Shown in pieces: positions 25,686 to 35,125 of a stretch of 64,000 bases of DNA; position 1 is the first letter of the stretch; every line of letters starts with the position of its first letter. The stretch is from Pavona decussata (taxonomy: Eukaryota): assembly GCA_977016875.1 (NCBI GenBank), contig CDRNST010000144.1:6448001-6512000 (forward strand). The letters run 5' to 3'. Made by a program: the position numbers and the translations under genes. A model generated the notes under the pieces. The model had not been told where the DNA came from. It was given only the letters and a program-made list of their open reading frames with translations, and did no database searches.

Positions 25686-25893
25686 ACTTTAGATTAAGCC
25701 AAGCCTAACAGTGGAGCTCCTGTTAAGTACTTTTTTTAATGTTTACAGCGCGAAGCGCGCTACAGTTTCCACTAGACCAAGATTTTTGACACTTTTTTGA
25801 CCCTTTTTGGATTTAGGGGCGAAGTTTATCAGTCCGTTTGAAATTAGCATGCGCGAACTACGCCTAGATCAAGTGTTCGTTGGCTACCAGAAA

Positions 25894-26775
25894 ATGAATT
25901 TTCAAGGAATACGTAAGTAAAAAATAATATATTTACCTGTCTGAAGCCATTACTTTTTAGGTATTTCCATTTTGAATGACAAATATATTTTTTTTTATAT
26001 CCACAGCAAACACACAATTACGTGTAAACGCAAAGGGCGGCTTATACGATAATGAAAGAGCACTACATTCGCTTGTTCGCGAGCGGATATTAGATTTGAA
26101 CCACCAAGGTTTAGGTCAACGTGCTATTGCAAGAGAGGTCAACACTAGTCATACATTTGTAAAAAAAGTTGTTAGAAGGTACGATGTGACAAATTCCTCG
26201 ATTCGTATTCCACGAGCTAATTTTGCTGAGGGTTAAATTGACATAAATGCTCTTGAGTATATTGAAGTCCAAAAGCGTATGAAACCGAGCACATATGCAT
26301 CTGAGATACAGAACAGACTACTGTTAGACGGAGTGGTACACCCCAATGACTTGCCAGGAACATCGCAAATCAATCGACGACTCAGAGAAGACCTCATATT
26401 TAGTAAGAAGAAACCGAGGGTCTGTCCGTCCGCAGCAGAAAAGCCAGGTGCATTGGATCGGCAAAATGAATATCTACAAGCTATATCAAGATATCCAGCC
26501 AGCAAGCTTCATTTTTTTTGATGAATCAAGTGTCATCAAAACAACGGGTAATCGCAAGTATGGAAACGCCAGGGTCGGCGAGCGAGCTATTGAACTGCAG
26601 CGTTATGCATCTAACGCGACATTTACTATAAATTTGCTCCATTCAGTTGTTGGTGTTGATTACTTCAATGTTCTTCAACGACCATCAAATGGTTTGGAAC
26701 TTCTAAATTTTTTCGACGATGCCTTACAAGTAGAACGGGGCAATGGAAGTGCTGCTCTAGAGCGTGGCGATGTTG
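25894..26775 (+). pseudogene. Paired-domain (PAX-like) IS630/Tc1-type transposase, spliced and C-terminally truncated
   Basis: Exon 1 25894-25912 joins exon 2 (from 26007) in frame. VNAKGGLYDNERAL..RERILDL..G...IAR...SH.FV.KVVRRY..T is paired-box-like; KPSTYASEIQNRL..GV; FFDES; breaks at GDVV just before the expected MDN. Confidence 0.8.
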
Positions 26776-26849
26776 TAGAGATGTCATAAACAAAATGACA
26801 TTGGCAATATTTTGGTTTTATCTGTAAATTTACTTGTTACGAGAATGAA

Positions 26850-27987
26850 AGTCAGGAACAGATCAGTTAAGTTATGGCGCTGAGCTAGGAAAGTGCAGAG
26901 CTCTACGACTATTGGTTGAAACCATCTTGGGTGACGCCATATGCTCCCTACAGGTTTTTACATGCTTTATCGTGTGCTCAATTATTATTCTAGATCTTTA
27001 AAGCCTTCGGTTAAACCTTCTTGCCATTCTTTGCACATGTCTGGGCAAACGTCTCATCTGAGCAGCGTGAAAAGGGGTTAACAGAGGAGGGATATCCCCA
27101 TATCCCTTGTCTGCAAGAAGTACAGCATCTGGAGGCATATCATAATTTGTACCTGACCCAATCCTCTCCATTAAATTAAAATTGCCTGCATCATTGAGAG
27201 ATCCGAGAAAACCAGCTTGTAGAAAAACTATATTTCCTGCATTATCTGCAATGAGCTGGGTGTTCATGAGGTGGTAATGACGATGGCCACTAAAAAAGTC
27301 TCGCTGGGGTTCGACCTGGGGTCTGTAAATTTCATGCGGGGTCCCATCAATACATCCCACTGCGTTGGGAAAATAATGCCAGTTTCCTCAAAGAGAATTC
27401 CATTTGACTAAATTTGGCCAGGACACTTGATTGATTGTGGTGCCCATTTTATGGAGATATTATCTCCATAAAATGGGCACCACCCTATAGATAATACTAC
27501 AAACGGTAGATGGACTGACGTCAAACATTAACGCGAGTGTGTCTAAACAGGGGTACTTTCTGAGCCAGATGAATGTCAAGAGTACTTTATTAACATTAGA
27601 AATTTTAGAATTTCTTCTCCTTTGTCTTGGTCTCCCCCTTCTGTTCAGACGTGATAACTCTGCAGAGATTCTGGTAACGATATGCATCATGGTTTCTAGA
27701 AGTTCTCCTGTATTCAACCAAAACAGATGCTTTTGATTCCCATATTCTACAAAAACATCTCGCCCTCTAAATTGAAAGCCATGGAAATCTTGATCAAGAC
27801 GTTGCATTATTCATTGAGGCAAGTGAGGAACGATGGGAAATGATGCCAGGAGCAGCAGTACTACACCCAAAATCTGCAGTAGCTCATCGACTCGATGGTT
27901 TGCAACCGGCGGTGGGACCTGGGAAAGAAAGGCAAGAACAATTCCAACTATCCAAAAAAAACGTTGATCTGGTATTTCCCTCGGCAT
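26850..27987 (-). pseudogene. PIF/Harbinger-type (DDE_Tnp_4-like) transposase/nuclease
   Basis: HTH LLTFIWLRKYP..LALMFDVSPSTV; GCIDGTPH; FSGH; GSLND; LLADKGY; LLTPF; FN..L...RIIIEH; several stops. Confidence 0.88.
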
Positions 27988-28388
27988 GATGTCAACCAGA
28001 ATGATTAATTTCGATTTCAAAACTGGTTACATCATCTGAAGGTGTTTAATTAGTACTACTTGTAGTCATAGCCCTCCCATTCCATTTCATAAAGGCAGTG
28101 ATTATACCACTGGGAGTAAATCAGATATACTTTTTTACGTTAGTGAGAAAGTGGGTAACCATGTGAAAATTATGGTATTGACGGTAATGACGTACGGCTA
28201 GGTTCTTTGAATCGTATGACACTGGGTATAGTTACGTTGATTTCTCTGTTATCACTAACTTGCTTGAAAAGAGGGTAAATTGTAAACCAATGATAAACCT
28301 TAGGGACACGGTGTAAAATATATTTTGGTTTGATATGAGCTATAAAAGACAACGCTTAAAATAAGATGATCTCACTCAGTTCTCACAA

Positions 28389-29156
28389 ATGACTTCAGCA
28401 TTTTGGAGACCATTTGACAAGGATGGCGAACAGCCTGTTACACAAGGTAAGCATTGATTTGTCCGGACTTTTTCCACTATATTTGTGCTTCTAATTTTAT
28501 TTTATTTTTGTGCAGAATCATCAATACAGTCCAAGGCGAAGGGTTCCAAAAAGCGTCGCTACATGATTACTGGAGTCGAGGAAAAGATAGCCTTGAAAGC
28601 CTACAGCGAAAACTCGGGCTCGGATGAAATATTAGACGCAATACAGGAACGCTTAACCCATGGCTGGGAATTCTTTAAGGAATGAAAGTATCAGGGAATA
28701 CTACTGTTCTACCCCAAGAGAATCATCGATCAAGAGAATCAGACGAATCGTTTCCCAAGACCTTCAGAAAGCCAAACAGCTGCCTGCCACCGCAACAAGT
28801 TTAAGCGAGGCGGCGATGTCACAAACTATCGTAAATAACAGAATGCGATACTCAAAGAAATGCTCGCCAGAACAGCGTAAGTCAGCGAAATTTGAGCAGG
28901 CAGCTGGCCTTGATGAAGATACAGAAGATAGTGCAGGTACCGATACTGATCTCCCAGAGAAAGCCATTCCCGCACCACCTGAGCCACCAAAACAGGACAA
29001 ACCGAAAAAAAAAAAAAGCCCTCAAAGAAGCGACAGCGGACAGGGGAAGAGGCCAACAAGGCGTACACCCAGATGGGTGGAGAGGCGGTGAAACTCATGA
29101 GCAAACTAGAACGCATCCTAAATAAATTTGATAGCGATAGTATCGACGACGATTAA
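28389..29156 (+). pseudogene. Orphan two-exon gene (~220-230 aa, charged) divergent from the Harbinger-type gene
   Basis: Exon 1 28389-28446 (MTSAFWRPFDK..) splices in frame to exon 2 from 28516; two frameshifts (~28680 and the poly-A near 29010); stop 29156; AATAAA near 29249. Confidence 0.55.
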
Positions 29157-30427
29157 AAATGAGAAACTTTCAATTTGAACAGACATTTGTTATTTTTTTG
29201 CATTGATTGTATTTGCAGTGTATTTGTTAACGAAAACGCCATTCAAAAATAAATGCTTTTTGTCACCCAATTCGTGTTTTATTTGATTGCTTTATTCGGG
29301 CGCTGTTGTAAATAAAGGAAAATCATGAGAAAACAGACCGTGTATTTTACATATTTAGTGGACTTTTGCGCTATAGTGGCTCTTGTTGGAGTTATGTGAA
29401 AGATCTCTCATAGGATACTCTTTAAGTTTGACCTCTGATTCTTTATGAATAGCTTTTTCTCTAGCCTAAAAGAATAACCATTGAAGTTGAAAAAGAGGCA
29501 CCTCCAGTTAATGTACGAGCTGCAGTCCTGCTTGGATCCACCGATCTACAACGAAAAGCTTATATCCTAAACATGAAACAGCATAATGGTGCAAGTGGTT
29601 GTGTTACTTGTGAAGAAATGGGAGTCGTTGTTAAAAATGGGAAGGGCCACGCTCACCGCTACCCATACAGGTCACTGGGGGAGAGGGCTCCCTATCGTAC
29701 TTCAATCAGTTTTGGAAAATGCTGTCCAAGATAGTCAGAGCAAAGCAAAGGAAATTCTCACGTCAAAAATTAATGTCACTTTCTAACTGCAGTTTTTAAG
29801 ATATCTATTTCATCCACTTGGTATTTTTGAAATTTATTTGTTTTAAAATCATGTTTCTGCAATGTGTAAAAAGTTCTCTAAAATTCTCTTTGTCTGCTTA
29901 TATAAGTACTAGTTTCAAGGATGTGTCATTGCATACAGCATGTGGTTGGCATCATTTGTGTTACAATAACTGGGTAATTTATTATTGCACAATGTAAAAA
30001 GCATATTCTGATTTCACTTCATGATGATCAAGATCTGTATTAACTGTTTGTTGAATTTGAATCTGGTGTTCAGGTTGCAGGATTGTTCAATGTTACCAGC
30101 TTGGCCATGATGCCCTGGTTTGACACTGTTTTGGGAATGGTGCCAGACTATATGCATGGGTGTTTGCTAGGCATCTCTAAAACTCTACTCTATAAATGGT
30201 TTTCTTCAAGTAATCATAAGCAAGCTTATTTTGTCGGTGGTCAGGCATGAGTCTAATAGCCCAATATGTGCACATTTGCTTTTTTTTCTCAAGTTACAGA
30301 CATCACTCTGGGGATTTTTGGTCGATTTTTGAACCACTCCTAAATTTTCGGCCTCACTTGCAAGAAGCCCAAGGGGTTTGTGGGTAGAAATTGCCAGGCA
30401 TGGGAGCTCTTCTTTTTTTAAGGCCTG

Positions 30428-33400
30428 ATGGCTAAGCTGATGAAAGAGAAACTGTTTTGATTGTTTTAAATAATAGTTGGAAGGTCGAGCTTTAAATTGA
30501 TAGCAAATTTGCCTACTTTCGAGACCAATTTTGGAGGGTTTTGGCTCTTGAAGAGACGTGAAAGTATCCGAGACATTTTACCGTTTTTTGGGCTGAAGTT
30601 TGAGCGTTGCTATTGCGTTACTGGGGCATATGACAAAAATCTAAACCAATACGATTGCTGTTTGTGGACAGAAGATTATATGGGGAAGATTTCGCGAGTG
30701 TTGAAGATATTTTCAAAATTTTAGACCATGAAGATACTGAAGGGCAGGAGAAGTTGAGAGAGGTTTCCAATAGGAAAGTGCGCTGGTAAGGTGAAGTATA
30801 AGCGGTTGGAAGCTGTGGAAGTGAGCAAACGCCTTGAAAATATTGAGCGAGAGATTCAAGTACGAATGAGACCACTAAAATTCTGAAGGAAAATAATGCT
30901 CAGCTGAAGGATGAAATAAAGGAACTCAGGAGAAAGGTAATGTCCTAAAAGGATGCTGTGATGTTAGGTCGATGCACTGTAATGACTGGAGTATTAAATG
31001 AAGTTGTATATTAAAGCTCTATGATGGCTGAAACTAATCATTTCATGAAACATTTTTGTGATATTGATACTTTAATTGGGGATAAATTAAGGGGTAAAAT
31101 TGCATTGTTATTGGCTGTATAAAATGTTTCTCCAAAAAATCAGGAATGAAGTGCAACATGACACACTGAGAATTGTAGGCTATGGGTTTACCTTCTCTTA
31201 CTTTCATTTATTTGAATGTGTGATCTCTGTTGTTCATTACAAATTAGGTGGTGCTTATTTATAATATTATTATGGTTGAAAACTGGAGACTTTTTTTAGT
31301 GCAGCAAATATTTCAAGCTGTAAGTTGTCTTTTTTAGCGTGGCTAATTTGAGAATGAGAAAGCACACCTGCCAATAGGCTCAGTTATCCCTTCAAAATTA
31401 TGGCTGAAAACTGGAAATTGTTTTTTTTTTTACTGCAGCAGCTATTCTAAGCTGTACTGTCTTTTTCAGCGTGGCTTACTTGAGGATGAGAAAGCACAGC
31501 CTGCCAAGAGGCTCAGTTATCCCTACAAAACTAGACAAAGAAAATAGTGACTGTACTGTTGGTCTGTCTCACACTGTTGCCTCAAAGAGAAGAAAGCTGA
31601 CAGTGGATGCAGCACAGAGGATCTAATCTAGCCCTAGAACGCCTAATGCTGATTCAAAGACAGATATTTTGAATGGACTGTGGAATACATTTGTGTCTTA
31701 TGCTGACAATAGAGATGTTGTTAGGTTGTGCAGTAGCTCTAAGAAGGTTAATACTTAGTTGTACCCAAAATAGTAATTAATTCTGTTGCTGCTTTTGAGA
31801 AGTCAGCAAAAAGTTATGAAAAATCAGTGAGTGTTTTTTACAGGGGTGGCATTTTAAGTAAAAGGAAGTAATATGAGTTGCGTTCGTCAGAAATGTTTGA
31901 CTTTGATATTCACACTAGAAAGCGAAGGCGAATAGAGTTCAAACAAGGTTGCAAGGTGCCACCATAAGTGCCATACAAAGATGTGATGAGATTCATATCA
32001 GAGCAAGAGATAAGAACCCTTCAAAATATACCACAGGCCAGGGATGATAGTGAAATTGAAAAGGAGAGTGAAGATGTTAATCAGAATCTGTTTCCACTTG
32101 TACCTGGTCATTTCATTGACTTACAAGAACGTCTATTGCAAATGGCTAATTTGTATCTTCATATTGACAGTCACAGGCCAAATTTTCTTATTTGGTTTGG
32201 AAAGGACAAGGGCAATTTTTTAGTCACAATTAGAGCTGACGGTGCTCCATTTGGAAAATCTAATGAAGCATGTGTGTGGCTGGTTTCTTTTTTAAATGTG
32301 ACAGAAAGAGTTTCTAGCACTTATGACAATTTCCAAATATGTGGGGCTAACTGTGTTGAAGACCATCCATCAATGATAGAATATGGCAAACGTTTAAGAT
32401 CTCAGATCAGTGTTTTGGAAAAGCAAATATTTATGTTAAAAGGCATACAGGTAAAGGTTTCCTTTAAGCTTGTGCCTGCTGACATGAAATGGCTGACTAA
32501 AGTTTCTGGTGAATTAAGCAATGCAGCTACATACCCAAACCCCTTTGCCATTGTGCCTCAGGAAAGGTTGTCAGAAAGAGGGTGTACCCTAGGTACTGGT
32601 CCAGGAGATAAATGGAAACCTTGGGCTTATGATTTTAGAATGCAGGTTGCTAAAAAAGTTGCACAGTTTAAGCAAAAACAGCCAATACCTACTAATGCAC
32701 CTCTAATACAAACTTTACGCAACAAGGCGTACCAATTCATAGCTAACCTTAAATCCAGACAAGAGTATGAACCAATACTTGGACCTCTAGTCCAAAATGC
32801 AAAGTGTGACAGTCTCCATGTAGGCAACAACTGCTGGAGACATTGGTTCAAGAAGGTGTTTACCCAAGTTCTAGCAAATGCAAAAGTGGGCACAAATGTG
32901 AAGTCAGTTTTCCAGCTTACAGAAGACAATCCTTTGCGTAAACATTTGAAGACCTTAAGGTTTAAGGTGAAATGCAAAAAGTTGTACAATAACATTTGTC
33001 GCTGGTTAAGGAAAAACGAAAATCTTGTGAGTTTAAATTTAGGTTTACTGGTGAGGAGACCAAAAAATTTTGTCATGGATTCATGTTCCTCGTTGAAGAT
33101 ATTGTTGGTGAAAATTTCTTTGCCCTATCAATGGCAAGGATGGGCCTTCATTTAAGAAATGGCTTGTCTCTGGCTGTCAGAGTTTCAGATATTAAGGTAG
33201 AATATTTGCCTAAATAAGAAGAGGATTGCAGGTTGTACTATAATTTAGCATCTCTATTTCACTCCACCAATCTTAGTGTTTGGACAATGAGACATTGTGT
33301 TCCATTTCACTCAAAACAGTTAATGGGAGATTTTGGAGTTGGTCTCGGGATTAATTCAATGCAGGGCAGAGAGGCTAAGCATCAGCAATTGGCATCCTTT

Positions 33401-33706
33401 GCAGAATTCTCTCTAGTCAAAAATAGATGGGAAAAAGTGTTCAGACATGAACACATGTCACTTCTCTGGTTAAGGCACCAAAATCCCTTCAATGATGGTT
33501 ACTAGAAGAGCAAAGAAAAATACATTCCACCAAGGTGTTGTACGAATGAATACTGTTTTTGTGGAATTGCTTTCAATAGCAATGGGAAATGTAGGTATTG
33601 TGACAGTAACCTGTCAAAAGAAATTGCCACTTGTGCTTCTTCTGGAAGCTTAACTGTGAAAATGAAAGCAATTTTGAGGCGTGCTGAAGAAGCAACATCC
33701 CAGTAA
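30428..33706 (+). pseudogene. RAG1/Transib/Chapaev-like DDE transposase (spliced, decayed)
   Basis: ADGAPFGK (D 32238), PADMKW (D 32481), SLH, H.VP.H..GLG..SMQGREAKH (E 33371); C-terminal CFC..CRYC; coiled-coil first exon ending at a donor near 30937. Confidence 0.65.
31268..31530 (+). repeat. ~130-bp tandem duplication spanning a splice acceptor and exon start
   Basis: ATTATGG.TGAAAACTGG...AG-CGTGGCT...GCTCAGTTATCCCT occurs twice. Confidence 0.85.
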
Positions 33707-34864
33707 ACAGCAATGTATTTAAGACTCAATATGTACAACACCGATTTAGAGACCTAACGGTACTTAAGGAGCAAACAATGAAGGCCCACTTGAGGAAGAT
33801 TTTAAATGAACACTTGAAATTCAAAGAGTCTGACTTGTAAAACATGGTGTACAATGATGTTCTTTTACATGAGATGGCTGTTGCAGACCAAGTTGATGTT
33901 CAATGGTTATGTTCTATGTTAATAATTTCTTATCAGGGGCAGATCCACGAAAGTGGATTGGGGGCTGCAAACCCTCACCCTCTATGAATTGCTGGAAATA
34001 CAGGAAATATTTTAATTTTGCAATCAGTATTTTTAAAGTTTCTTGTATAACCCACTTCAGGGACTGACACTGAGTTATACCCCCCCCCCCCCCCTCCAAT
34101 AAAATCCCAGATCTATTCCTGTTATTATTACCTGTATTTGTTATTGTTATATTCATTAAGAAGATTGAGATAAGTTGGAGATCCTTTTCTGTAGCATGTT
34201 GTTTATTGATAGTAAAAATTTAAACAATTCAATTTAAACGTAGTTGTTGACAATGTGTATTTCTGGCCTGTAAACACAGCACCAGTCATTTATTGAGATA
34301 GCCAGGAGTTTACAGGTTCAGCATACAACAGTTTTCAAACATCCTTTATGCAAGAACGTCAGGTGAACTGTGGAACATCATCATTGTTCCACACCCCATA
34401 GTGACATCTCACTTTTACCACTTCATTTCCAGAGTTGTAAGCGATAGTGAAGGGCTTCTGTCTGGCAACAATAACGTCTGTCTTTCCCTTTCCCGCGATT
34501 TCTCTCTTCAAACTGATCTCTTCATTGCCCAAGCAAAATCGCAACATCTGCTGAAACTTTGGCTTGCTTGTAACCTCTACAATGTGCTCTTTATTGGTGC
34601 ATCCAGTGCAGGTCAATACACCAAAATTTGAAGTGCATGTCAACAGATGAAAGATGTGCTTGAAAATAGGCTCCTGGAGCGTAGTTATTAAAACAAGGAA
34701 TGACCTAAAATGATCTAAAATGACCTAAAATGACCTAAAATGATCTAAAATGACCTAAAATGATCTAAAATTAATCTAAAATAACCTAAAATTATTTTAA
34801 TTTTATAGCAAAGACTAGTGAGCAGCTCAGCGGAAGACTTCTTGTAGTTGTATACTTTTTGTTT

Positions 34865-34909
34865 ATTTCCGACGCGTTTCGTCTCTATCGGAGACTTCTT
34901 CAGGGAAAT
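34865..34909 (-). ncRNA. Minimal type I hammerhead ribozyme (Penelope pLTR type)
   Basis: Minus strand reads ATTTCC-CTGAAGA-A-GTCTC(CGATA)GAGAC-GAAA-CGCG-TC-GGAAAT: stem I 6 bp, stem II 5 bp, palindromic stem III, GUC cleavage site. Confidence 0.85.
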
Positions 34910-34934
34910 TCCCGATAATTACTGTATCACAACC

Positions 34935-35125
34935 GCGGCTTTGATTGATGCAAAGTGTCTAGTTGTTCCCCAGCAACGTGGTTTTGATTGGTGCGAAGTT
35001 CCAAGTTTCGCTCAGCAAAGTGGTTTTGATTGGTATGAAGTGCCTAGTTTTTTCCCAGCAACGCAGTTTTGATTGGTACGAAGCAAAGTTCTATGATTCG
35101 CCCAGCAACACGGTTTTGATTGATG
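34935..35125. repeat. Minisatellite, ~42-bp unit, about 4.5 copies
   Basis: Repeated CAGCAA..GGTTTTGATTG(G/A)T..GAAG. Confidence 0.8.

Noticed and set aside
25976-26521. Host Pax gene
   Set aside because: Continues into a DDE catalytic domain, has stops, and lacks an octapeptide or homeodomain.
26773-26800. Harbinger TIR pairing with ~29440-29465
   Set aside because: Only TAGAGA and TCATAAA match, with different spacing; no clear TSD.
30304-30345. RSS heptamer-nonamer
   Set aside because: Only CAC..TG resembles the heptamer; the downstream tract is T-rich, not ACAAAAACC.
34935-35125. CRISPR-like periodic repeat
   Set aside because: The whole unit repeats with no unique spacers; no cas genes; eukaryotic context.
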